A stretch of DNA of 64,000 bases from Lepidodermella squamata (taxonomy: Eukaryota; Animalia; Gastrotricha): positions 1,922,001 through 1,986,000 of the forward strand of contig JBLDXI010000025.1 in assembly GCA_047495785.1 (NCBI GenBank). Reading direction: 5' to 3'. Under the pieces are notes generated by a model that searched no databases, was not told the origin of the DNA, and was given only the letters and a program-made list of their open reading frames with translations. Position numbers and translations under genes: made by a program. Positions 47,762 through 60,022 of this stretch are shown here, in pieces; position 1 is the stretch's first letter; each line of letters begins with the position of its first letter.

Positions 47762-49727
47762 TTAAACTCTAGCAACTGCTCGCTTCGCACGGTACAAATA
47801 CACAGATAACAAGCCCCAGGATAAGCAAATGTAAGCAATGCAGTACAAAGCTAAAGCCAAGTAATCTTTCCAGAGAGAATCCGATTCGGCATCAACGCCG
47901 TAGTAAGTTAACACATCATCTCCTGTTTTGAACTGAGCACATTGAGGGTCAAAGTCAGGTGACGACGAAACGCAGGGTACTATGACCGGCTGACCGCCCA
48001 GCGGTGCGTAGGCCAATTTGAAAACAGCAGAAAACGTGAAAGAAGCGTGGTTTAAATACCGCATCCAGCTGATCCACACCGGGAGGGATTTGAAGGGTAT
48101 AAAATAGCCACCGAATAACATGTGCAGCATGGCTACAGCGAATGGCAACTGCGGTAAGGCCTTCTCATCGACGAACATTGACAAAACAAGGCTGAAATGA
48201 TGAGTTGCCAGATTGTTTAGGCAAATGGCGGCGATGAGAAGGGGCAGAGCTATCGCTGGGTCTTGCTGCTGACCAGACATCATCCACATAGCAATAGGGA
48301 AGATAATGGCGATAACTGAATTTATCACAAATTCTATCACGGTTCGTGACCAGAAGAACGCGGACATGTCGTAGTGGGAGTTAATGTTTTCTCGTAGCAA
48401 AATGTGAAGATGAATCGGGCTACTCATTATCGATACAATCGAAGTTCCGAGTAGAAACACTTTTGTTAACAAAAATAGAAAAGCTACGTTGCTAAAGGTT
48501 TTGCTTGCGTCCTTGCCAACCATTTGAAACACGATGCCAATCAAAACTAGCGCAAACATGAAGCCAGCAAAGCGACCGATCAAGAAAACAGTATCTCGTC
48601 GAGATTGCAAAATGTGGCGCTTGAATAGCGAGGAAAATCGACTGTCTCTAGCCGGCCGTTCTTCTTCGATCATCTGAATCACTTCCTCGGCTTTCCCTAG
48701 TTTGCTGCTGACTTTTTCTGATACTGTTTTGATTTGAACCAAATCGCGAGGACGCAGGTAAGCCACATCGTCCCCTTCACTCCACGGATGAGCCGGCTTG
48801 CCTTGGATCTTATCGCTGATTGCTGATTCTAGAGCTAATTGCCGTTCTTTCTGAGAGCATTGAGCCATTAATTCTATTACATTCGTTTCGAACAAAAAAT
48901 CAGCTGGATTGTCGAGGTGAGGGACGACTCGGCCAGTTAATTTGAAAATAACTCTGGCAAGAGCAGAAGGTGGGCCGGAAAACGCCATTCTCCCCCCAAC
49001 GGCCATCACTGTTAGTGAGTCGAACAGCGCGAAAACTCGACTGCTAGGTTGATGAATCGTCGCAATGACATTGCAGCCAGCTTTTGCTACCAATTTAAGC
49101 TGATCAATCAGCCGATACGTGGAGTTGCTGTCTAGACCAGTTGTTGGCTCGTCGAGGAAGAGAAGAGGCCTGAAATTGATCAGCTCACATGCAACTGCAG
49201 CTCGTTTTCTCTGACCACCACTTAGCGCCGAAATCCTTCTCTTCGCAAAGTCCTTCAATCCCATTTGGAACATCAATTTCTTCACCAGTTTCTTCTTGTT
49301 GGGCTGGTCCAGCTCTGGAAGGTTCATTGTTGCTGAGAAAATAAGGGTTTCTTGCAACGTGAGTTCAGGCACCAAAAAGTCGTCCTGAAGGATGTATGAT
49401 CTGATGGGCGTTACAACGCTCGACCAATTAGGGACCTCAAAAGACTCATTGGAGTTGAGCTTAAGATTTCCTTTGGCAATAGGGTTTAGGCCAGCCAAAA
49501 CGTTTAACTGAAAAAGATGATAACAATTCGGACGTTGGCGTGGTTTGGACTATTTATCTTACCAAAGTACTTTTCCCGGCTCCTGAAGGGCCCATAATCG
49601 CATGAAGCTGACCATGGTTGAACGAGCCACTGACTGACGCAAGAATCGTTTTACTCTCTTTGCCAACTTCAACTGTGTGCTTTATGTCGTCAAAAGTTAC
49701 ATCAACTTCGTTCGATTTAGGTGGCAT
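47762..49727 (-). CDS. ABCG (White-like) half transporter 1; 2 exons
   Basis: Walker A GPSGAGKST in exon 1, LSGGQRKR, LFLDEPTTGLD, TIHQPS, C-terminal ABC2 TM domain. Confidence 0.95.
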
Positions 49728-50720
49728 TGCTTGAATGACTTGTCTAGTAAAATGAGTTGAACTTACCAGCCGCTAACCGCTAATTTATATCATTTTTTGA
49801 CACTCGTTTAAAAGGACGCGTAGGCATTGGAGGCGAGTTGACGCGTGTTACATAAGATTTTGTCGTTTTATGGCGTTTCGTTATGAGATGATTAACGTGT
49901 GGCGTCGTGCGTAGGCTCATTGCACTTTTTTGGCTGCTTTTCTCACTTAACTTCACGGCGGTGATACTTCATTTGCACGACAATGACTTGTGCCTTTGTT
50001 TCTTTTCCGTAATCTTTATAACGAATAAAAGTTGAACCAATTATTAAACCTCAAGCATGCAGTTATAACGATGAGCAATTATTATTTCGAAGCAATAATG
50101 GCGATCTTAAGCTTTAATTACGAAGACTATCCTTTAGTAACCTCAGCCAAGAAAATATTTGGAAATTGTTTCATACCGTGGCTATCGCACGTTAGCTCGA
50201 TGGAGAGTAGCTTGTTGAGTAGCACGATTACTGCATCATATCAGTGATTTTTTTATCGCGTATTAACTAGTTGGTTCGCGAACTTCGAACCAATGGACAG
50301 CAGCTTAGCGAAAAAATCGAAATAATCACAATTTACATATTCCAAATTCGCGTACACTTTTCCGCTATTTTTCTTCCCAATGGCGGACACTTTCTAGTCA
50401 CCAAAAAAATCGGAGGACTGGAGTCAAGTACATACACAAATTCGATCCGCTCTTTTCGATGCGCAGGTTTTATCAAAACTCCAGTATCATTGAGCATAAT
50501 GGAGCACTATGACCAATGGCGTAATTTTTCAATAAAAGAAGAGTAAGGGAAGAGTTTGCCAACACATAATTTTACTTTCCTAGCTCATGAATCAAAGAAT
50601 CAGCAAAAGGGCGGCGAATTTCAGCATGTAAAAGGTAAAAAAATAGTTTGAAATGTTCCAAATTAGTTTCCCCTGCGTCATTTCCGAGATTCGATTGCGA
50701 TCTAAATATTTCATTTAGGG

Positions 50721-52673
50721 TCAAACTCTAGCTATCGCACGCTTAGCTCGATGAAGATAGATCGACATAAGTCCCCACGAAAGCAAGACATAACCTAAGG
50801 AGTACAAACTGAGAGCAAGATAATCCTCCCAAAGAGGGTTAGCTTTGACGTCGATGTCGAACATAGCCAACACATCTTCTCCGGTTCGAAATTGAGCACA
50901 CATCGGGTTGTACTCTGGCGATGATCCGATGCAAGGCAGTTGAACCGATTGACCACTCAGAGGTGAAAATGCGATTTTTATGACCCCGGAAAAGGTGAAT
51001 GACGCGTGATTCAAGTATCTCATCCAAGCTATCCAAACTGGCAGTGATTTCAACGGGATGAAGTAGCCGCCAAACATCATATGGAGCATGCATACAGCAA
51101 AAGGAAGTTGCGGTAGCGATTTTTCATCCGAGAACATGGCCACAACGAGACCGAAATGGTATGTAGCCATGTTGCTAAGAAATATAATTGCTACAATGTA
51201 TGGTAGCGCAACCGCTGCGGCTTGTTGCTGTCCTGTCATAAGCCACATGACTATCGGATAAGTCGAAGAAACGGTGACATTCACAGCGATTTCGATGATC
51301 GCTCGAGTCCAGAAGAAAGCGGACATGCCATAAACGGAGTTGATGCTCTCTCTTAGTAGGATCTTGCATTGCCATGGGCAGCTCATTATCGAAACGATAC
51401 TGGACCCTAACAAGAAGACGTAAGTGAAAAGAAAGAGGAACGCAGCGTTGCTCTGAGTTTTAGCTGCATCCATTCCCACGAATTGAAACACCAAGCTGAT
51501 AACCAGAAGGCCGAAAAGTAAGCCGACATACCGCCCGATTAAGAATAAGGAATCTCGGCGTGTCTGTATCAAGGTTCTTAAGAACAAAGCTGTAAACTGA
51601 AAGGCCCCACTGGGTCGCTGGCTTTCAATCATTGCAGTTATACATGCGTGATTTGTCAGTTCAATCTTCTTTGGTCGTAATTGGAGGTCTGTAGGCTTCA
51701 AGTACTCAGCATCGCCGCCTTCAATCGAAGAACGAAATAGAAGTTTCCCCTGTTTGCCAAAGTCAAGAATGGACATTTCAGCAGCCTTTTCTCGCTCATG
51801 AAGAGTTCTGCTAGCCATTTTTTCAATAGTATCTCCTTCAAACAAGAATTCGGCAGGGTTTTCGAGTTCTGGAACAAGTTTTCCCGCCAGCAAGGATATT
51901 GATCCAGCCAGGGCAGAAGGTGGGCCACAGAAGGCAACGCGGCCACCTTTAGCCATGACCGTGAGCGTGTCAAACATCGCAAAAACTCGACTGCTAGGTT
52001 GATGAATAGTTGCAATCACGTTGCATCCAGCGTTTGCTACCAGTCTGAGCTGGTCGACAAGCCGGTAGGTCGAAGTACTGTCCAAGCCCGTTGTAGGCTC
52101 GTCGAGAAACAAGAGAGGCTTGAAATTGACCAATTCAAATGCTACACATGCTCGTTTCAACTGGCCCCCACTCAGGGCTGAAATTCGCCGATTCTTGAAT
52201 TCCTTCAAGGCCATTTGATCCAAAAGCTTCAAAACTAGGGCTTTCTTCTGCTTTCTGTCAAGATGCGGGAGATTCATAGTCGCCGAGAAGGTCAGAGTTT
52301 CCATTAATGTCAGCTCGGGAATCAGGAAATCATCTTGGAGAATGTACGATCGAATTGGAGTTACAACGGTACACCATTCTTTAACTTCGAAGGACTCTTT
52401 CGAGTTGAAATGAATGTTTCCATTTGCGATGGGGTTTAAACCTGCCAGGACATTCAGCTATGGGAAAAACTTACGATTTGGACAATATAATGTCATATTA
52501 GTGCTTACAAGTGTGCTTTTTCCTGCTCCGGATGGTCCCATGATCGCGTGAAGCTTCCCATGCTCGAACTGCCCACAAACGTTTTGCAGGATTTGTTTCT
52601 TGACTTTCCCGTCCGGAACAAAATGCTCGATCCCATCGAAAGCGATGTCAACAAAACTCAATTTAGCTAGCAT
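50721..52673 (-). CDS. ABCG (White-like) half transporter 2; 2 exons; tandem paralog
   Basis: GPSGAGKST, LSGGQLKR, FLDEPTTGLD, TIHQPS; the same intron position and C-terminus (RAKRA.ARV). Confidence 0.95.
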
Positions 52674-53399
52674 GAACGTGTGAATATCATAATGCCTGTA
52701 ATTATAATCCCGCTTCAATTTTACCCCACTACGTTAGCCCACTGGCCTCACTAGCGGCATATCAATTTCATTATGAATGCACCATTTTTGTTGTCGCGTT
52801 ATAAGATGTGAGGATTTCAATCTTTCTATGTATACAACAGTGAGAAGCGTACACACCAGCTGTCATTTACCTAATAGCATTTTTTAATTACAAAAAATTT
52901 GGCAGGCTTAACAAATTTTGTCCATTAGCATCATAATTGACCTCGATTTTCAGATTGGCGGACTAAAGAAATTGTATCAGGGAAATCGGGAACTTTGTAG
53001 GATTTAGGCACAGGGCCATACGCTGCTGACAGCATGTTTTCGATCTGTAGATTTTTCAGCCGAATGAACTCTGAGTATCCACCCACACTACGCTCAGCCT
53101 TATGTGGAGAATACCGCGACAGCGTATCAGCAGAAAAAAGTTTCACAAGAATCCCCATTAGCCGCAGCCAGCATGAAGCATGCGTAAACAAGCCGTGCGT
53201 CAGCAATTTTATACAGCCCTATAAAGACTTGTTTCAAGAAAAAGTCACTCCACTTGTTATGTCAGGTGATGCGGAAAAAAGAAGCCCCTGTATTATTCAT
53301 AATTTCAAGGACAGATTTAAATGGCTCCTTTTGAGTACCCACACACAATCAATATCCGTGGTACATTTTTTCGTTAGGTTCATTTTTATTATATTTGAC

Positions 53400-53813
53400 A
53401 TGGCCAGCCAAATAATCCTTACGATAATTGTTGCCGCTTTGTTTTGCCTGGCTGTTACTACTGCAGCAATCGACCTCGATCGAGTGTTTCTGAGGTTGAG
53501 GCAACGGCCCCAGGTAGCTTTTTCTAAGCGCAGTGAACTTCAGGGTAAGCAAGAATCTTTGAAAAGTTTCACATTTCTAATGAGGTGTTATTTAGATGAA
53601 GTTGTAGACGCGCTGATTCATCGCGATGAAGACAGGATGCGGCAGTTGTCAAGCCAGATCCGGCAAGCTGAGCATGCTGAACGCTTGAAGCGGTGCCTCG
53701 ATGAGTTCAAATCGATTCAAATCTGCACGAGACAGGGCGCATTCTATCTATGGGCTAAGGACCTTGCCGGTAAAGTCATGAGCGGCGAGATCAAAGTCGA
53801 GCCATCAGATTGA
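53400..53813 (+). CDS. Secreted prohormone-like precursor; 2 exons (51-nt in-frame intron at about 53545-53595)
   Basis: Signal peptide MASQIILTIIVAALFCLAVTTA, two KR sites, C-terminal peptide starting KR-CLDEFKSIQIC. Confidence 0.65.
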   Translation: MASQIILTIIVAALFCLAVTTAAIDLDRVFLRLRQRPQVAFSKRSELQGKQESLKSFTFLMRCYLDEVVDALIHRDEDRMRQLSSQIRQAEHAERLKRCLDEFKSIQICTRQGAFYLWAKDLAGKVMSGEIKVEPSD

Positions 53814-53973
53814 ATCACAGCCAAATAATAGACTTGTATAAATTAAAATTTATTTTGTAGTCGAATTTGTAAAACACTGCTTTAAAGTTGAAGCGTCTTG
53901 CGCTAGTCTGTCCGTTTTCATCGTGTTAAAAAAATATAATTCAATAAATACTAGCGATCACCATAATAAACAA

Positions 53974-54470
53974 CTAAGTGTCATTAACGCTGGTTTGATT
54001 CGCCCCAGTAACATGCTTGACCCGAAACAGCCTTGGGAATATTGCTTTAACGACAGCTGGACATTCAGAAAGAACTGAAGATATCCGGCAAGCCGGGTCT
54101 CGTATCCTTGAGATGCAGAGATTTCTCTTCAAACTAAACTGCAGATGCAAAACAAGATTAGATTAAGCAGGATCCATAGGAGTCAATAACTTACCGATTG
54201 AAAGCATTTGTCGCAAGCGAGAAGACTGGTTAATTCTACCAAATTTCGAGAATATCGATATTCCAGGCGCAACGAGAGCCGTTTGAGCTTATGTATCTGA
54301 TAAGGCGTTTTTGCAGTATCGAAGCACGTGTCGATCATTTCTTGCTCGCGTATGGACTGTAGCTCGTTGGATAATGGCCCACAGCACCTACTGCTCAAAG
54401 TTAGAGGCTTTTCTCCGCTTGCCAAGTTTACGCTAAAGACAACTGTTAAAGTGATGATCAAATTATTCAT
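53974..54470 (-). CDS. Small secreted Cys-rich protein; 2 exons
   Basis: Signal MNNLIITLTVVFSVNLASG; CC, C, CxxC; TCG|GTAAG...GCAG|TTT splice continues as FSLKRNLCISRIRDPACRISSVLSECP...DT*. Confidence 0.6.
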
Positions 54471-54800
54471 CTTGTTAAACAGCAATAAGGACTAAATTGG
54501 TCTATAATCCGTCAATTTATTAACTGCTCCAGGCTCCAACAGCACGCTGTGAAATCCAGCACCTGCATTTTAGCAATTAGATCTAAGCTATATGATCAAA
54601 TGTCGTTTGACTGCTTCCGTTTCATGTCGCGCCCTGACATACATTATTCACAACTAGAGAAAACATTTCTGTTGAAATCAGGAGGAAGGTGACATTTGCA
54701 CCTATCGAGTTAGAGTCACGAACGATTCGGCGGTTTATTCTTTCAAAAATATGGCAAACGTATCATCGATGAAATAAATTGAAACGAAGCTAAATGGCGC

Positions 54801-55827
54801 TCAGAAGTTTTTCCAGTAAAAACTGACCGTCGGGTCTGTGTTGTCCCGCGTCTGAGGGCAGTTTTCGTATAATCCACACTGCATGTTATTCGAGCAGTAC
54901 GTGAAGCCGTTGCACACAGTGCCGCTCTTGAGGCTGCTTTCAATGCACATTTTAGCACATGAATCAACGTCCATAGCTTGCTGTGTTGTGATGATTCGAC
55001 CATCGCAAATGTAACCATTGGCCTTGTCGAATAAGACGGACCATGAGTTGCTCCATGAAGGTAGTTGCGGCATGTTGTTGGCCGATCTACCGCCGCAAGG
55101 TGCCGCTCCGCACGGAGAAGCGGCAGGTGGTGGCGGTGGTGGAGGTGGCATTGGCAACCAATTGCAACCGCCGCAAACCCTAGGAGGTGGTACCGGAGCG
55201 TCCGTGGTCGTAGTCGGGCGCCACCCACAGGGGGTAGTACCGGCTCCTCCACAGGGTTGCGGAGGTGGTGGAGGTGGCGGCGGAGTTGTAGTTGTCGTAG
55301 TGGTGGTAGTGGTCGTTGGTGGTCTCCATCCACAAGGCGTTGTTCCAGCCCCTCCACAGGGACTCGGTGGGGGATCAGTTGCGGGAGGTTGCCAACCACA
55401 TGGACTCGCTGCAGGTGCCCCACAAGGACGCGGGGGAGGAGGAGGCGGCGGATCTGTTGCAGGAGGCTGCCATCCACAGGGACTCGAAGCAGGCGCGCCA
55501 CAAGGACGCGGAGGAGGAGGAGGTGGTGGGTCGGTCGCTGGGGGCTGCCAACCACATGGACTGGAAGCTGGAGCCCCACAAGGACGCGGAGGAGGGGGAG
55601 GCGGGTCGGTGGCAGGAGGTTGCCAACCGCATGGACTCGCTGCCGCTCCACAAGGAGGCCGTTGCGTTACCTCAGCCAACGCCTGCCACATGCCACACGG
55701 CTTTTGGCCACATTGCGCCTGTAGTAAACAAGAAGCACCAATTAAACGAGGAACTAAGATTATAGCCGCTGGCCAACATTACCTGGATAATGCAGATCAG
55801 GGAAGAGAAGATGACCAGTGAGCGCAT
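54801..55827 (-). CDS. Secreted Cys/Pro/Trp-repeat protein with a C-terminal PAN/apple-like domain; exons 55783-55827, 54801-55718
   Basis: Spliced signal MRSLVIFSSLICIIQAQ; about 6 PCGxxxxxPCGW units separated by poly-Pro/poly-Thr; C-terminal C...CAKMC...CNGFTY.....CGLY..C...YW. Confidence 0.85.
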
Positions 55828-56034
55828 CTTTTATGACTTCACACTTGACACAATTGTTACATACAGTTTGAAACTGAACGCACTGACGGTCGTACACATC
55901 ATGAACCTCCTTTAAAACGGCGATCTCTCGGTGCATTCCGCGTGGGTGCATTTATTTTTTTCCAAAAATTATGAATCTCTAGAAAGAACATTGAAATATG
56001 AATACATCGTTTATTTGGACGATTTTATCGTGGC

Positions 56035-56509
56035 TTAAGAACGCCACCACAATTCTGCCGCTGGATAAGTGCCACGTATAGATTTCGGGCACCATTCAAT
56101 GAGTTTACACATATTGCTTGTGTAACGAGAGCCTAAATGAATAGGATAAAACATGAATCCGAAGCAGTTCTTAGAAAATCCATTTTCATCTAGTTGTTGG
56201 TTGTAGACTCGAGCGTAACAGGCTTTCGCGCATGACTCTCTTGTGACTGGCTCTTGCAGGGTGGTTGGTATTAATCCTCCTGCGCACATGTAATCGCCGC
56301 GAGAAACTTCGAATAAATCTAGAAATCGTCCAACATGACTGGGAAGAGGTACACTTGGTGTTACTGCTACTCCAGGGCGGGGCCAGATTTCATATTTCTT
56401 CGAGGGCCAAGCCACGGAAATCTGAAAAAACAGCTTGAGTTCTTTATCTTGAGAGTCAAAGTTTTCGTACCTGAATCATAAGAACGAAAGGTAAATGCTT
56501 TTTGAGCAT
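56035..56509 (-). CDS. Secreted single PAN/apple-like domain protein; 2 exons
   Basis: Spliced signal MLKKHLPFVLMIQ|ISVA; CAGG...SCAKAC...CFGFMF...CKLIEWC...LWW. Confidence 0.75.
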
Positions 56510-56702
56510 TTTTGCGAGAAAAATATCAAAGCGCTTACTCGAGTCACTTACTAATATTGTTTACAAAACGTTTTTGTTTTTCAAACAAATGATTCGTCTT
56601 TAATTAACTCAACCTCATCAACTCAAAATAACACAAAGGGACGCTATAATGAGAGTCATAAACTGCACTGGATAACTATATTGTTTACCAACATCCGGAA
56701 TT

Positions 56703-57600
56703 TCACATATTCCGAACCCAATACTGGATATCCTTATCCTGATTCAAGTCAGACGTTTCATCACAGGGCTCAATGAGACTACATTCCGATCCATCAAATG
56801 AAAATCCGTAGCAGAATTCGGCATGCGCACATTCTCGAGCACAGTTATCCACTGAAGACGTTGGGAAACTACGGAAAACTTGTTGGCAGGAAGTTTGGTT
56901 TGCTGGTTTGAACTTCTCGAGATAACTCTCCCAGCCACGCTTCTTTACTCCTTGACCTGATATTTTACATTTGCCACGGCACGCCTCGGCCGTTTCGTAG
57001 CGATTTGAGTTACCACCGCAACCGGACCAGATGAAAGGAAGGCAATCACCGTACTTGCTGCTATAGTAATACCGAGTTAACATTTGCTCTTTCCGATGAC
57101 CGTTCAGCATTGTGCACTCTCCATAGTCACTTTCGCCAGTGCAGTTAGGTCCTGAGAAGATTAACATTGGCATAAAGGATATATTTTGGATTCACCTTAC
57201 TAATTTTAGGAACTGGTGCTCCTCTCATTATGGAGTTCACGGCTGTCGATTCGTTTCTTTTAGTTAAAGTCGTCCGTGGGGTCGTGGTTGAATAGGGCTG
57301 AACTTTCACTCCTTGGCATAGCTTGGTGCACTCTTCCATGGTTTCAAATCGGTTGTCGTTACCCCCGCATCCTCCGTAAACAAAGCTAGCGCACTTGTTC
57401 GTGTGCGATTCGTAGTAAAAAGACTCAACATAGCCGCGACATCTGCCACGATTTGGCGGCAGCCCACATACTAGCAACGGGTCCAACTCCACACTCACAT
57501 CGCTATCGATTTCGTTATCGATATCATCCACTCGAAGTTCGCGTAGAGTCCTTGCGTTCGAAACGCTTGAAAAAATCGCGAAAACTAGGACGATAAACAT
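56703..57600 (-). CDS. Secreted Kunitz-Kunitz-PAN protein
   Basis: Signal peptide; FVYGGCGGNDNRF and FIWSGCGGNSNRY Kunitz cores; CARECAHAEFCYGFSF PAN module. Confidence 0.9.
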
Positions 57601-57687
57601 GATTCTCGTTTCAAACTGAAATCCGCTGCCTATCAGCGCTTGATGTAATTCTCATTTTAATCCCATGGAATGGGCAATTAATATTCT

Positions 57688-59898
57688 TTATTGTTTAAGC
57701 CAAAATTTTACGTGGGGATCAGAAGACATTCCCATCACAGCACAGTCAACTTTCGGTCCTTTCAGAATGCATAAAAAACTTGGATAGTAATACGTGTCTG
57801 TATTAAATGCGAAGCCAGCGCATGAATCATTCGCCGTGTTATTGCATTTTGCAGCACAAGTTTCCAGGGTAGCAGGAGTGACCCGCGCAATCACATAGCC
57901 CTGACAATTTCCGTCCACCCGCGAGTAGCCATCTAGTTGTCTGTGAACAGGGGGTGTGGCTAGGACATCAGCAGGAAATGAATCGATGAAATTGAATCGC
58001 CCATCTCCATCTGAAAATTGAACTCAGTTCAGGACGCGAGCAAAGTGCTGATGAATCATAAGTACCTGTAAAGTTGTAGGTTTCAGATTCCCACATCGAG
58101 TAAACAGGAGTTGTTTTCCTTGTCCATCTGTTTGGAGGAGCAGTCTGCGAGTCGTTCGAAACAATTAAATAAGAACAAACATCGTTAATGGACTCACGAT
58201 AGTACGTGATTTCGTGCTGGGCAAAACTGCATTTCCGCATTTATCTAGACATTCGTTCAACGTGAAAAATCTGTTGTTGTTGCCTAAAAAAGGACTGTTA
58301 AACAAATTTGTCGAAATTCAGGCAAGTTTCAAACCTTCGCATCCTGATCTGAACATGAATGTTCTGCAGCGACCAAATCTTGAATCAAAGTAATATCTCA
58401 ATTCATAATCGTAGCCGTCTTCGCAGTCACCGGAATTTATGCCTTCGAAGCATTCAGAGGCTAAAATTTGAAAATCGAATAATTTATGGTGGAAAATTAG
58501 CTTAAAAGTTTACACGCAGTCGATTTCGCAGTAGTTGAAGATGAATTTCGAGGAAAGACTCTGACATCGGCTGTGTAAGGCACTTGAATCAAATTGATGT
58601 TCCTCGCGTAGTATTTAATACTTCCGTTGATAGCAATCATTCCAAAAATCTCATCAGTTTCATTCAGCGAGAAATACAGCGCTCCACTTGAATTAATGCT
58701 TGGAATCTCTGTGACGTTAACGAGATATGCATTTGTGACGAGAATCACTGTTTCATTCCAAGCTTCCGTAATATTGAGCAGGCTGCTCCGATTGGACGAG
58801 AGTGAAGAGTTGAGAGCTGGCGCTATCGTGGAATTCAGCAGCATTGGAAGATTAGTGGTTGATAAGTTCGAGTACAAAAATGCGGTAGTTACTGTGGAGT
58901 TGCTATCTTGAGTATATAGCGAGGTATTACTAGTAGTTGGGAAGGTACTGGCATTGCTAGTTGTATTGCTAGTTAGGAAGATAGTGATAATAGGCAAAGT
59001 AGTGGTATTGCTAATTGTTGGCAAGGTAGCGGTCGGAGTCGTTGAATTTGCCGAATAATTGGTTGTAGTAACAAATCGCCTCGTCGTAGGACTCAGGGTC
59101 ATCCAAGTTGAGTTCAATCCTCCGCTATCGTATGAGCATCGCTTCCAGCAATCAAGCAAGGTTCGGTAATTATTTCCATTTCCGCCACAGCCAGCATACA
59201 TAAAAGGCATGCATCTTTGCCGCCTTTTGTTGTAGAAGAACCTCATTTCATGACTCGGATAAGTCCCGTGGCAGCTGCCAGAGTCCAGTTGCTCGTAACA
59301 ATTCGATTCTAAAATCATTTTTATGACAGCGGGTTGGATTCACTTAGTAAAACTAGACCTTTCTTTTTAGAGGTTGGTTTATCTTCTTTCTTCGGAAACC
59401 TTCCGCCACAAATGGCTAAGCATTCATCCATAGTTCTAAAGCGATTTTCATTTCCTCCGCAGCCTCTGTTTCCACCGTATCAATTTTAGATATGCCTTAT
59501 TTTAACATTGGATTGGACTCACTTGCCTATAAGTGAATGCTTCACACTGATCGATCTGTTTGTCGTAGTAAAACATGGTTCTGTAAGTAGTACAGCTACC
59601 AATTTCGGGCTCAAGCGAGCAAGCCAGGGCTCGACTTAATGTCAAGGAATTCGGGGTTGATGTGTCATTGGAAGCGGTTGTATCATTCCCAGCAGCTTCC
59701 GCAGTCGCGTTGATGTTTCTCCTAGTTGTTAGCCTAACAATTCTGGCGCGAGTTGTCATCCATTCCGCTCCTAACTGGATAGGTAGTAGTTTTCCTTGGA
59801 CTACCTGTAAACATTGCGGTTAACAACTTGATGGGGAAAGGCAACTCGCAGACCTCTTGGCTTAGGTAAACAACTATAAGAAACGCGGCGAGGTTCAT
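57688..59898 (-). CDS. Secreted 3x Kunitz + N-glycosylated mucin-like region + PAN protein; multi-exon
   Basis: Spliced signal MNLAAFLIVVYLSQE|VVQG; Kunitz domains at about 59620-59410, 59305-59135 and 58455-58230; PAN CAAKC...CAGFAF...CIL. Confidence 0.85.
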
Positions 59899-60022
59899 GA
59901 TACACAGCTCAGTTTGGTAGGATTAAAAACATCTGAAGTGTAACAATCATCATCTATGTGCCTTGTTTTTTTGTTATTCAAGCTAGTATACGTCATTCAC
60001 GCTTGCATTGTTAAGAGCGCTA

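Noticed and set aside
53034-53399. N-terminal extension of the 259-aa ORF
   Set aside because: The signal peptide starts at the ATG at 53400, and the upstream part looks like promoter/UTR (TATAAA at about 53220) that is open by chance.
55018-55821. 267-aa Gly-rich plus-strand ORF and other overlapping ORFs
   Set aside because: Antisense or alternate-frame shadows of the Pro-rich repeat. The minus frame has a spliced signal peptide and a PAN domain.
54801-55827. Minicollagen call for the Cys/Pro protein
   Set aside because: No Gly-X-Y triple-helix region and no CxxxCxxxCxxxCxxxCC domain.
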